In this document: positions 40,693-50,991 of the stretch, in pieces | Layout: each line of letters opens with the position of its first letter | How positions within the stretch are numbered: position 1 is the stretch's first letter | Origin: Flavobacteriales bacterium | GTDB lineage: Bacteria > Bacteroidota > Bacteroidia > Flavobacteriales_F > PHOS-HE28 | DNA length: 64,000 nucleotides | Direction: 5' to 3' | NCBI GenBank assembly: GCA_041391785.1 | Contig: JAWKNI010000015.1 | Span: 8,398-72,397 of the forward strand | Position numbers and translations under genes: made by a program | The notes under the pieces: model-generated | Database searches by the model: none | The model's input: only the letters and a program-made list of their open reading frames with translations | Told to the model about the DNA's origin: nothing

Positions 40693-42486
40693 CTACTTTC
40701 TTTCCTTCTTGGGGAAACGTGGCTTCGGTTCATAGAAGCCATCCTGTTTGCGGTACCCGCCCCGGTCGCCATGGGCCTTGTAGCCCCCACCTTTGTGGCC
40801 GCCTCCTTTGTATCCGCCACCGCCCTTGTGACCGCCAGGGCGATGCCCGCCGGTGCCTTTATTGCCACCGGCCGCTTCATCCACACGCACGCTGCGTCCT
40901 TTGTAGCTCGCGTTCGCAAAGGCGTTCCTGACCTGTTCGAAATGGTCCGGCTCGATGTCGATGAAGGAGTACACATCCTTGATCAGCATGCGCCCGATGA
41001 GTTCACCGCTCAAGCCGCTCATGCCACAGATGTAGCCGAGCATGCGGCCTTTGTCGAAACCATCGGCCGTGCCGAGGTTGATGAACAATTGACGGCCGGT
41101 GCTGAATCGTTCCAGGGAGGAAGGGCGTTCGGCACGGGCGCTATGGTCCTTGCGGCTCATGTCCACATTCAGGTCGAAGGCGGTGCGGTGCTGTTCGATG
41201 ATCCGGTTGAAGGCCATGCTCATGAACCGATCGATGAGTTCCTCCTTGCTGAAGGCCCGCAACTCGGCGCGCGCTTCCGGCAGCAGCTCTGAGAGGCCTT
41301 CCTCATCCACCTCAACGCTTTTCAAGCGCTTCATGTATCCCATCACCTGTTGCTTCACGATCTCGGCACCGCCCGGGACCCGTACGTAGGTGAAATGGGT
41401 CTTGAGCACGCGTTCCAACTGGCGGATCTTGTTCAGGTCGCGCACCCCGATGATGCTCAGGGAGATCCCGGTGCTGCCGGCACGCCCGGTACGCCCGCTG
41501 CGGTGGGTGTAGTTCTCTGCTTCGCCGGGCAGGTCGAAATGGAACACGTGCGTCACGTCACGCACATCGATCCCACGGGCGGCCACATCCGTGGCGATGA
41601 GCAGCCGGATGGTGCGGGCGCGGTAACGCCCCATCACGTGATCCCGCTGGGCCTGGCTCAGGTCACCATGGATGGCGTCCGCGCTGTATCCGTCGCGCAC
41701 CAGCGCGGTGGCGAGGTCCTGGGTCTCATGTTTGGTGCGGCAGAACACGATCCCGAAGATCTCGGGGTCCGCATCGACGAATCGTTTCAATGCAGCGAAC
41801 CGGTCCTTCGAATGCACCACCGTGTACTGGTGCTGGATGGCATCCGCCGCGGCGTTTGAGCGGCCGATGCTCAGTTCATCGAACTCCCGCATGTACCGTT
41901 TCGCGATCCGGCGTACCTCACCGCTCATGGTGGCACTGAAGAGCCAGGTGCGCTTGTCGGCAGGTGTGGACCGGAGGATCTCCGTTAGGTCCTCTTGAAA
42001 GCCCATGTTGAGCATTTCATCGGCCTCATCCAATACCACGACATCGACACCGGCAAGATCCACCGCCTCGCGACCCAGCAGGTCGAGCAGGCGGCCGGGT
42101 GTGGCCACCACGATCTGAGCGCCTCGTTGGATGTCCCGGATCTGGTCTCGGATACTGGCCCCACCGTAAACGGCAACGATGCGCGTACCCTTCATGTTCG
42201 TGGCGAAGCGTTCCAGGTCCTTGGCGATCTGCACGCAAAGCTCGCGCGTGGGGGCCAGGACCAGCGCCTGTATGCTGCGTTCCTTGGGGTCAAGGAATTC
42301 CAGCATGGGCAGCCCGAATGCGGCTGTCTTCCCGGTGCCGGTCTGTGCGAGGGCCACCACGTCCTTTTCCGTTCGGAGCAGCAATGGGATCGCCTGTTCC
42401 TGCACGGGTGTGGGATCGGTGAAGCCGATGTCTGCGAGAGAACGGAGGAGTTCGGCTCGTAATCCGAGCGCTTCGAAGGAGGACAT
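40693..42486 (-). CDS. DEAD-box RNA helicase with DbpA-type RNA-binding domain and Gly/Lys-rich tail
   Basis: Q motif, AQTGTGKT, LDEAD, FSAT, ATDVAARGID, YTHRSGRTGR. Confidence 0.96.
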   Translation of the reverse strand: MSSFEALGLRAELLRSLADIGFTDPTPVQEQAIPLLLRTEKDVVALAQTGTGKTAAFGLPMLEFLDPKERSIQALVLAPTRELCVQIAKDLERFATNMKGTRIVAVYGGASIRDQIRDIQRGAQIVVATPGRLLDLLGREAVDLAGVDVVVLDEADEMLNMGFQEDLTEILRSTPADKRTWLFSATMSGEVRRIAKRYMREFDELSIGRSNAAADAIQHQYTVVHSKDRFAALKRFVDADPEIFGIVFCRTKHETQDLATALVRDGYSADAIHGDLSQAQRDHVMGRYRARTIRLLIATDVAARGIDVRDVTHVFHFDLPGEAENYTHRSGRTGRAGSTGISLSIIGVRDLNKIRQLERVLKTHFTYVRVPGGAEIVKQQVMGYMKRLKSVEVDEEGLSELLPEARAELRAFSKEELIDRFMSMAFNRIIEQHRTAFDLNVDMSRKDHSARAERPSSLERFSTGRQLFINLGTADGFDKGRMLGYICGMSGLSGELIGRMLIKDVYSFIDIEPDHFEQVRNAFANASYKGRSVRVDEAAGGNKGTGGHRPGGHKGGGGYKGGGHKGGGYKAHGDRGGYRKQDGFYEPKPRFPKKERK

Positions 42487-42559
42487 GTGGTCTGGGAACA
42501 GGGAAAGAGAAAGCGCTGGGCGCGGAATGGCCGCGAAGGTACGGGATCCGTACGGCCGA

Positions 42560-43463
42560 TCACCTGAGGCGGGTAGCGAGCCAGCGTGAATATTCCTTCG
42601 CCGAAGTGGCGGCCAGGTGATTGCCATCGGTGAACAGATACGGGCCGGGCGCTTCGGTGTCGTCCACATACAACACGTGGTGTGCATCGGCCAGGCGCTG
42701 CATTTCGTTGGAGAATCCAGGCCGGTATTCGTTCTCAAGGTCGCGCATCCACCCGGAAACCGGTATGCGCACCAGTACAACGGTACCATGCGGTTTCAGG
42801 AATTCGATGGTGCGCTCGAGGTACAATAGTCTATCCTGGCGGTACGTGAACTCCACTGCCAGTGCTTCGTATTCCTTCCTTTTCTGGCGGGTCCGCTGGG
42901 CGATGCTTGCACTATCCATCGGTATTCGCACCTCCAGCCAACCGTTCTCATGAAGCAGGAGGGTGGTGTCCACCTCCACCAGCGGACCACCGATCAGCCC
43001 GCCCCAGCCGGCACCATATGCACGGACCAGGTATTCTAGGTTGGGGGTCGCATTGAAGGTCCGCATCCGGCCAAGGAACCGATCCGCTTCCGGAAAGCCC
43101 GTTTCGTCCTTGCGTTCCGAAAGTGCCCACGGGTCCGCCGACACGACGAATTGGCCATGGCGAGTGGCTGGATGGAGCTTCTGGTGATGGCCTCCAGGTA
43201 TGTAGGGCCATAGGGGAATTGCCCGCGTGAAACCGAAATTGAACATGTTCCGATCGGGACCACCAAGGAGGCATCGTTCTTCCCTTCCCGAAGGCCGCCG
43301 GATCGAGCCCTGCGCCCCGCGAGGTGCCGATAAGCAGTGAATGGTGTGTGTCCCCTGTGAATCTCAAATAGTAGGCATCACTCCTGCCTCCTGCACACCA
43401 CGCGGCGACCAGGTGGCAAGCAGAACGATGCACAACACTGGTCTTGAGTAGGAATCCGCGCAT
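42560..43463 (-). CDS. Hypothetical MBOAT partner (SGNH/DltD-like), frameshifted near the 5' end
   Basis: YYLRFT...LIGTSR (GxS-like) and FTDGNHL (DxxH-like). Directly downstream of the MBOAT gene. Confidence 0.6.
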
Positions 43464-43466
43464 CCT

Positions 43467-44890
43467 CTAGAACTGGAAATAGATGAAATCCTCACCGGCG
43501 AATTTACCCATGAAGAAGATGAGGAGGAATACGGCTGCATATACGTGGAACGGCGGGCCCATGTCGGCAGTCGGTCCACGGAAAGGGCCGTGTTGCTGCT
43601 GACGTTGCAGCCACTCCATACGACCAACAGTCAATGGCCGCGATCAGTCGGAAATTGAAGAATTCAGGCCACTTGATAGCGAAGTCGATACCATTCCTCT
43701 GATCATGTCCATGGCCTGGCCAACGGTTCGGCACGAAAGAAGGTCCAGGCCAGAGCGTGATCCTGAATGTACCGCCATCGCGAAGAACTCGCGGGCAGTG
43801 CACGCCCCTCTGCCACGGTCCCGAGGTTCCTCCGATTCCGCCCGGAGAGCAGCAACGGAATGAACAACAGTGCATTGATCAGGCCCCAGATCACAAAAGT
43901 CCAATTCGCACCATGCCATAGCCCGCTGAGGAGAAAGACGATCAGGATGTTACGCACCCGTAGCAATGACCCTCCCTTACTGCCACCCAACGGGATGTAC
44001 ACATAGTCACGGAACCAGGTGTTCAGCGAAATGTGCCAGCGCCTCCAGAATTCCGCGATATCACGGGAGAAATAGGGGAAAGCGAAGTTCCGCATGAGCT
44101 CGAAACCGAAAAGTCTTGCAACACCGATCGCGATATCCGAATAGCCGCTGAAATCGCAGTAGATCTGGAATGCGAAAAGGAAAATGCCCAGAAGAAGAGT
44201 GCTCCCGGACCAAGAAGCGCCCGGATCGAAGATCCGATCGACGATCGGTGCACAGGCGTCCGCGATCACGGCCTTCTTGAACAACCCCCAAAGGATCTGC
44301 CTCAGTCCGTCGGTCGCTTTGGCCGGATCGAAGAGCCGGCGTGTGGCGAATTGGGGAAGGAGGTTGGTGGCACGCTCGATGGGTCCCGCCACCAGCTGCG
44401 GGAAGAACGCCACGTAGGCGAAGAAACCGATCGGGTCGGTCGCAGGTTCGAGCTGTTTCCGGTACACATCGATGGTGTAACTCAGCGTTTGGAAGGTGTA
44501 GAAGCTGATCCCCACAGGAAGGACAACATCCAGGGTGACGGTGTCCAGGTGAACACCGACGGATGCGAAGGCAGTGGCCAGGGATCCCGCGAAAAAGTTG
44601 AAGTACTTGAAGGTGCACAGCATTCCCAGGTTTCCGACAAGGCTCAGTGCCAACAGGGACCGGCGGGTGGTCCCTTGTTGCGAGCGGCCCATGGCCCGGC
44701 CCAGGCTGAAGTCGAGCAGGGAACTCAGGATCAGGAGCGAGAGAAAGCGATGGTCCCACCAACCATAGAAGAAATAGCTGGCCGCCAGGATCACCAGGTT
44801 CTGGGTCCAAAGGGGGCGGCGCGCCAGTGACCAGTACAACGCCCACACAACGGGGAGGAAGACCGCGAAGGCGAACGAATTGAAGTACAT
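43467..44890 (-). CDS. MBOAT family O-acyltransferase (AlgI-like), frameshifted near the 3' end
   Basis: LPVGISFYTFQ, FFPQLVAGPIER, QIYCDFSGYSDIAIG, EFWRRWHISL, LSGLWHGANW. Confidence 0.93.
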
Positions 44891-44988
44891 GCTGGTTGCC
44901 TGGTCACCCGCACACTTCGCTTCCAGCGATGTATGCGGCTCGAAAGTAACGGAGTTGGAAGGACCCGAAGGCCATCGGTCGTGGGGTC

Positions 44989-44996
44989 TATCTTTG
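44989..44996 (+). promoter_or_regulatory. -7 box (TATCTTTG) for the small ORF-yfhO operon
   Basis: TAnnTTTG consensus 14 nt upstream of ATG 45011. Confidence 0.65.
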
Positions 44997-45010
44997 GCCG
45001 CTTACGTTCG

Positions 45011-45265
45011 ATGATGGAAGCAAGCTTCAACGGCACCATTCGCACGATCCTAGTTCTTGTGGCCGCCTGGTTCGTGATCCGCCTGGTGATGCGTTCCCGG
45101 CAGGGCGAAAGCCGCGGGGAACGGCGCACGGACGAGCACAGCGATCCGCAGGCCGACCGACGCGCGAAAGGCGATGTGCGCGTAGAGCGGATCGATGGCA
45201 AGGGCGATGTTCCGGAGCGCCCCATCGGGCCGGTCGAGGACGCGGAATTCGAAGAGCTTCGTTGA
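45011..45265 (+). CDS. Small single-TM protein (DUF4834-like)
   Basis: TM ILVLVAAWFVIRLV; acidic end VEDAEFEELR. Confidence 0.65.
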   Translation: MMEASFNGTIRTILVLVAAWFVIRLVMRSRQGESRGERRTDEHSDPQADRRAKGDVRVERIDGKGDVPERPIGPVEDAEFEELR

Positions 45266-45295
45266 CGATCATCGAACGACCCAACACCACCCCGA

Positions 45296-48151
45296 ATGCG
45301 ATCGTTCCCCTGGAAAAGCACAGTGCCTGTACTGGCGGCACTGGCCATGTTCTATGCGTTGAGCCTGGCATATTTCAGTCCGGTACTGGAGGGCAAACGG
45401 CTGGATCAGCACGACATCCGTCAATGGCAGGGGATGGCCCAGGAGGTCGAGGAACACCGTGAAGAGACAGGTGAGGAAGCACTGTGGACCGGCAGCATGT
45501 TCAGTGGAATGCCTGCCTACCAGATCTCCGTCATCTGGTCGGCGGATCTTCTGAGCCTGGCCGATTCCGTATTCCATGGCTTTCTGCCCCGGCCGGCGAA
45601 TTTCCTGTTCCTCTACCTCACGGGCATGTTCGTGCTGTTGCGCATCCTGCGGGTGGACCCGTGGCTTTCGGTCGTCGGCGCGGTCGCGTTCGCCTTTTCG
45701 TCCTACTTCTTCGTGATCCTACCAGCAGGCCACACGAGCAAGGCGAATGCCATCGGTTACATGCCCATGGTGTTGGGCGGTGTGTACCTGCTTTACCGGG
45801 GAAGGATGCTCCTGGGCGCTGCGCTGCTTGCCTTGTTCCTGGGTTTGGAGATCATGGTGAACCACGTGCAGGTGACATACTATCTCGCGATACTGCTGGT
45901 GCTCTTCGTGTTGGCGGAAGGGGTACGGGCATTCCGGGAGGGGGCATTGGCCGGGTTCCTGAAGCGCTCCGGCCTGGGCGCGGTGGCCGTGTGCCTGGCG
46001 TTGTTGTGCAACATGGGGATGCTCTGGAGCACGCTGGAATATGGCAAGTACAGCACGCGTGGTAAGAGCGAACTGACCATTCGCGCGGACGGCACATCCG
46101 CGGCAGGGATCGCCACCGGCGGACTTGACCGCGAGTATGTGACACGATACAGCTATGGCAAACAGGAATCCTTCACCTTGCTTGTACCCGATGCGAAGGG
46201 TGGCGCCACTGGAGCCATCGGAACGGATCCCGGCGATCTCGCGCGAGCGGATCAACGCTTCAGGAGCAACATATCCCAGATGAACCGGTATTGGGGGGAT
46301 CAATACAGTACTTCCGGTCCGCAGTACGCCGGAGCCATCGTGGTGCTGCTGATGTTCCTGATGCTGATGCAGGCGGAGGGGCGCGGCAGATGGTGGTTGC
46401 TTGCCTCCGGTGTGCTCATCATGGCGTTGATCGCCATTTCCAACAAGGCGCCTTTCTCCGAGGAGGGCATCGCTTACGTGGCCGGCATGAAGGCCTCGCT
46501 GTTGTCCGGCATCCTGCTGATCGCGTACCTCCTGGTCGGTCTCCTGATGATGCGTGATGCGCTCGTTTACGCGCTGTTCTCCGCGCTGCTGGTCACCCTT
46601 CTGCTCTCCTGGGGCAGGAACCTGATGCCGTTGACCGATTTCTTCCTTGAGTACGTGCCGGGCTACAACAAATTCCGCGCGGTCACGATCATTCTGGTGA
46701 TCGTGGAGCTTGCCGCACCCGTGCTGGGCATCCTGTACCTGGACCGGTTGATCCGCTCGGGGGGGTGGAGCAAGGTGATGGAGCGCCGTTCACTGATCGG
46801 GATCGGTGTCGTGGCCGGCCTGTTGCTCGTCATGGCACTGGTGCCGGACACCTTGTTCAACTTCATCAGTGATCAGGAGCGTGCCTCATTCACGGAACAG
46901 GCGGAGAGCTCCGCGGAGATGGAAGGCATGGTAGTTCAGTTCGTCGATGCGTTGAAGAGCGTGCGCATCGGCATGTTCACGGCGGATGTATGGAGAAGCT
47001 TCGCCTTCGTGGTGGCCGCTGCTGTACTGGTATTCCTGTTCGGTCGGAAGAAGGTCGGGAAAGTGGTATTGGTGGCCGGTATCGGAACGCTTGTGCTCCT
47101 GGATCAATGGGTGGTGGACAAGCGATACATGCACAACGAAAAGGAACGTGGTCGCCTTGTGCAGTGGGTGGATGAGGCAGCCTATGAGACACCGTACCAG
47201 CCGAACGAATCCGACAAGGCGATACTCGCTGCGGAGTGGTCGCCGGCCGCAGAGGTGGACCATGCACAAGTGATGGCCCGGTTGAAGGAACGCAAGGCTG
47301 GCGAGCGTGGTAGGAACAAGGTGCTCAGGGCCGAGGAAGAGCTTGCGGCCAAGTTCATCAGCCTGCGCAAGCATGCCCACTACCGTGTGCTCGACCTGGG
47401 CAATCCCTTCAATGATACGCGGGCGAGCTATTTCCACAGAAGCCTGGGCGGCTACCACGGCGCCAAGCTCAAGCGTTACCAGGACCTTATCGAGTTCCAT
47501 ATCTCACCTGCTGTGCAGCGCGTGGGTGCCATGTTGCGGAGCGGGACATCCATTCAGGCCATGGACAGTCTTCTTGCCGATGAAGGGGTCTTGAACATGT
47601 TGAACACGCGATACCTGGTCTATTCCCCGGACCGGGCGCCGATCCGCAACACCAATACGTACGGCGATGCCTGGTTCGTCGATGAAGTGCGTTGGGCGAA
47701 GGACGCCGATGAAGAGATCACATTGCTGGGGGCGATCGATCCCGCCGGCACTGCGGTGGTGGATGAGCGTTACCGCACCGCGTTGGATGGCTCCGTGCGC
47801 AAGGACCCCTCGGCCAGTGCGGAACTGTCGAAGTACCGGACGAATGAGCTCACGTACACCGTGCGGTCCGCGCAAGGTGGGGTGGTGGTGTTCAGTGAGA
47901 TCTGGTACGGACCGGATTGGAAGGCGACCGTCGACGGTGTCCCTGCCGAGCATGTGCGGGCGGACTACGCTTTACGGGCCATGGCGGTCCCGGCCGGCGA
48001 GCATACCATCGTATTCAAGATCGAGAGCCGGCCTTACAATGCCTCGCGTCCCTTCGCACTGGCATCCAGCGGTATCGTGCTGCTGCTCGTGATCGGTGCA
48101 TTGGGCATGGAGCTGCGCCGGGCGTTGAGCGCGGAGGTCGATGCTGCATGA
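45296..48151 (+). CDS. YfhO-family (GT-C-like) multi-pass membrane protein
   Basis: LWTGSMFSGMPAY, YWGDQ..TSGP.YAG, GGYHGAKL.RY, VFSEIWY..W...VDG, ADYALRAM.VPAGEHTIVF. Confidence 0.88.
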   Translation: MRSFPWKSTVPVLAALAMFYALSLAYFSPVLEGKRLDQHDIRQWQGMAQEVEEHREETGEEALWTGSMFSGMPAYQISVIWSADLLSLADSVFHGFLPRPANFLFLYLTGMFVLLRILRVDPWLSVVGAVAFAFSSYFFVILPAGHTSKANAIGYMPMVLGGVYLLYRGRMLLGAALLALFLGLEIMVNHVQVTYYLAILLVLFVLAEGVRAFREGALAGFLKRSGLGAVAVCLALLCNMGMLWSTLEYGKYSTRGKSELTIRADGTSAAGIATGGLDREYVTRYSYGKQESFTLLVPDAKGGATGAIGTDPGDLARADQRFRSNISQMNRYWGDQYSTSGPQYAGAIVVLLMFLMLMQAEGRGRWWLLASGVLIMALIAISNKAPFSEEGIAYVAGMKASLLSGILLIAYLLVGLLMMRDALVYALFSALLVTLLLSWGRNLMPLTDFFLEYVPGYNKFRAVTIILVIVELAAPVLGILYLDRLIRSGGWSKVMERRSLIGIGVVAGLLLVMALVPDTLFNFISDQERASFTEQAESSAEMEGMVVQFVDALKSVRIGMFTADVWRSFAFVVAAAVLVFLFGRKKVGKVVLVAGIGTLVLLDQWVVDKRYMHNEKERGRLVQWVDEAAYETPYQPNESDKAILAAEWSPAAEVDHAQVMARLKERKAGERGRNKVLRAEEELAAKFISLRKHAHYRVLDLGNPFNDTRASYFHRSLGGYHGAKLKRYQDLIEFHISPAVQRVGAMLRSGTSIQAMDSLLADEGVLNMLNTRYLVYSPDRAPIRNTNTYGDAWFVDEVRWAKDADEEITLLGAIDPAGTAVVDERYRTALDGSVRKDPSASAELSKYRTNELTYTVRSAQGGVVVFSEIWYGPDWKATVDGVPAEHVRADYALRAMAVPAGEHTIVFKIESRPYNASRPFALASSGIVLLLVIGALGMELRRALSAEVDAA

Positions 48152-49428
48152 AGCGTGTGCTGATCATCACCTATTACTGGCCGCCGAACGGAGGGGCGGG
48201 TGTGTACCGGTGGCTCAAGTTCAGCAGGTACCTGCCGCAGTACGGCTGGCAGCCGGTCATTTACACACCGTCCAACCCGGAGCTGGTCGCTGAGGATGCG
48301 GGATTGCTGAAGGAGGTCTCCCCGGAACTCGACGTGATCCGCCGGCCCATCCGTGAGCCGTTCGCGCTGTACAAGCGATTCACCGGCCGCCGTCAGGAGG
48401 AACGCGTGCAGACGGCTTTTCTGAATGAAGCAGGCAAGCGTGGTTGGAAAGAGGACCTGTCGCTCTGGATCCGCAGCAACCTCTTCATCCCGGATGCACG
48501 GATCTGGTGGGTGAGGCCGTCCATCGCATTTCTGGAGACCTACCTGCGCGATCATCCGGTGGATGCCATCGTTACCACCGGACCACCGCACAGCATGCAC
48601 CTCATCGGCATGGGTCTCAAACGTGTGATCGGCGTGCCTTGGGTGGCGGACTTCCGCGATCCCTGGACGGAGATCGACTATTACGGCCAGTTGACACTGA
48701 CCGCTCGTGCGGATGCGAAGCACCACCGGTTGGAACGGCAGGTACTGCGGACCGCGGACAAGGTCGTTACCGTGAGTTGGACCTGGGCCGATCGCCTGGC
48801 CGCGATCGGTGAGCGTCCGGTGGAGGTGATCACCAATGGCTTCGATCCTGCGGATGTGCCGACCCCTCCGGTCGCGGTGGATGAGACTTACAGCCTGGTG
48901 CATGTGGGTTCCATGAGCGCCACGCGGGATTGTCCGGGACTTTGGCGTCAACTCGCCGAGATCCGCGATGCGGAACCGTCCTTCGCCCAGCGGTTCAAGC
49001 TGCGCTTCGTGGGGCCGGTGGATGCCAGCATCATTGAAAGTGCGACCAACGCGGGTCTTGGTGCGCACATCGAACGTGTGGGGCGGGTCGATCACGCCCG
49101 GGCAATGCGCGAAATGCAACGGGCAAGAGTATTGTTGCTACCCATCAACGACACGCCCAACAGCGAGGGCATCCTTCCGGGTAAGCTCTTCGAGTACCTT
49201 TCCATCGGCCGTCCGATCCTCGCTGTGGGGCCTGCCAGGGGAGATGTGGGCCGTGTGCTGGGGGAAGGGCACCTGCGCATCGATCGCGAGCCGGACGACC
49301 GTGCAGGGGGGCGCATCCGGGCCCTGTTCGACACACCGGCATCCTCTGAAAGCTCCGCGCCGCTCGCGTACAGCAGGGTCTCGCTTGCAGCATCGGTCGG
49401 GGAGTTGTTGGACCGGACCATTGCATGA
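48148..49428 (+). CDS. Glycosyltransferase family 4
   Basis: VLIITYYWPP, TTGPPHSMH, WVADFRDPW, PGKLFEYL...RPILA. Confidence 0.9.
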   Translation: MKRVLIITYYWPPNGGAGVYRWLKFSRYLPQYGWQPVIYTPSNPELVAEDAGLLKEVSPELDVIRRPIREPFALYKRFTGRRQEERVQTAFLNEAGKRGWKEDLSLWIRSNLFIPDARIWWVRPSIAFLETYLRDHPVDAIVTTGPPHSMHLIGMGLKRVIGVPWVADFRDPWTEIDYYGQLTLTARADAKHHRLERQVLRTADKVVTVSWTWADRLAAIGERPVEVITNGFDPADVPTPPVAVDETYSLVHVGSMSATRDCPGLWRQLAEIRDAEPSFAQRFKLRFVGPVDASIIESATNAGLGAHIERVGRVDHARAMREMQRARVLLLPINDTPNSEGILPGKLFEYLSIGRPILAVGPARGDVGRVLGEGHLRIDREPDDRAGGRIRALFDTPASSESSAPLAYSRVSLAASVGELLDRTIA

Positions 49429-49479
49429 CATTACCATGCGATCCAACCAAGGCAATGGGTCCTTAAGTTTCACCCACTG

Positions 49480-50982
49480 ATGGGGATCATCGCGCGACAA
49501 GCGTTCTGGAACACTGTGCTCACCACTGCTGGTATGGCTTTGGGATTCCTGAACATGGCGTTGCTGTTTCCCAAGTACCTCACATCGGATGAGTTCGGGT
49601 TCACCCGGTTGGTGGTATCCATCTCGGTGATCGGAGCCCAGGTCGCCCAAGTGGGCGCAGAGAGTACGGTGATCCGATACTTCCCTTATTTCAAGGACCG
49701 CACGAATGCGCATCGCGGGCTGTTCGGTCTTGTCCTGATGATCACCACAACGACGGCCGTCGTAGCGATGGCGATTGTCGCGAGCATGCAGGAAGCGTTC
49801 GCGGCATGGTTCGGTGATGCTTCCGGCCTCTATCAGCAAGCCGGTATGATCGTGCTGCCGCTTCTTCTTGCCGAGGTATGGTTCATCACATTGCGCGGCA
49901 TCGGGCGTGCCGTGCATCGCAGCGTTGCGCCAACGTTCGCGCGTGAGTTCCTGTTGCGTGTGCTTCAAACCCTGTTGATCGTGCTGCATGCCACGCAAGG
50001 CATCGCATTCGAGTGGTTCCTGATCCTGTATGCAGGCACTTTCCTTGTAACGACCCTGGTGGTGGCGTGGGATCTATGGCGAGCGGGTGAATTGGTCCTG
50101 GGGTTGGGCAGGATCAGGATCCCCAGGCGGATGCGGCGCAGCATGTCCCGGTATGCCATGTTCACCTTCGGAAGTGGGCTGGCCGTGGTGGTGGTGGGGA
50201 ATGTGGATCAAGTGATGATCGGTGCGATGCTCGCGGATGGCCTTTCCTATGTGGCGTATTATGCCGTTGCCCTGTTCATGGCCAGTGTGGTGATGATCCC
50301 GGCCAGGGCCTTGGTACTGCCGACCTTGCCGATCATGGCTGAAGCGTGGCGCATGCGCGACATGACCAGGCTTGCCATGTTGTACGGTCGCACAGCACGT
50401 GTGCAGCTTGTGCTGGCCCTGTACATCATGGTCGGGATCTGGGCGTGCATCGACCAGGTCTTCGAATTCCTGGCACCGGAATACGCGCCTGGCAAAGAGG
50501 TCCTTCTTGTGTTGGGTGCGGCCAATGTCATCAACCTTTCCACGGGCCTGAGTGGAGGCCTCGTGAGTACTTCCCGTGCCTATTGGTTCGATGCGGTCAG
50601 CGGCCTGGCCTATCTCGTCCTCAATATCGTCCTGGACTATGTGTTCATCCTACGCTGGGGCATGATGGGTGCGGCGTGGTCCTCACTGGTCGCGCTGCTC
50701 ATCGTCCTGGCCTGGCGGTTGCTGTTCCTGCGTCGCCGGTTCGGTCTATGGCCTTACGACAAGAGAACAGCCATGATACTCTTGGTAGGAGCGATCACTG
50801 CAGGGTGCGTTGGCGTGCTCCCAACGTTCGGTCCGGTCTGGGTCGACCTATTGCTACGAGGATGTGTGGTGACCGTTGTCTTCTGGTCCTTAGTCGGTGT
50901 GTTCAACTTGGATCAGGACATCATCGGAGCTATTCCCTACTGGAAAAGAACACAGGATGGTGCAAGCGGCACCGTGAAATAA
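49480..50982 (+). CDS. Oligosaccharide flippase family protein
   Basis: MGIIARQ...; about 14 TM helices, MOP-fold pattern. Confidence 0.85.
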   Translation: MGIIARQAFWNTVLTTAGMALGFLNMALLFPKYLTSDEFGFTRLVVSISVIGAQVAQVGAESTVIRYFPYFKDRTNAHRGLFGLVLMITTTTAVVAMAIVASMQEAFAAWFGDASGLYQQAGMIVLPLLLAEVWFITLRGIGRAVHRSVAPTFAREFLLRVLQTLLIVLHATQGIAFEWFLILYAGTFLVTTLVVAWDLWRAGELVLGLGRIRIPRRMRRSMSRYAMFTFGSGLAVVVVGNVDQVMIGAMLADGLSYVAYYAVALFMASVVMIPARALVLPTLPIMAEAWRMRDMTRLAMLYGRTARVQLVLALYIMVGIWACIDQVFEFLAPEYAPGKEVLLVLGAANVINLSTGLSGGLVSTSRAYWFDAVSGLAYLVLNIVLDYVFILRWGMMGAAWSSLVALLIVLAWRLLFLRRRFGLWPYDKRTAMILLVGAITAGCVGVLPTFGPVWVDLLLRGCVVTVVFWSLVGVFNLDQDIIGAIPYWKRTQDGASGTVK

Positions 50983-50991
50983 TGGTCGAGC

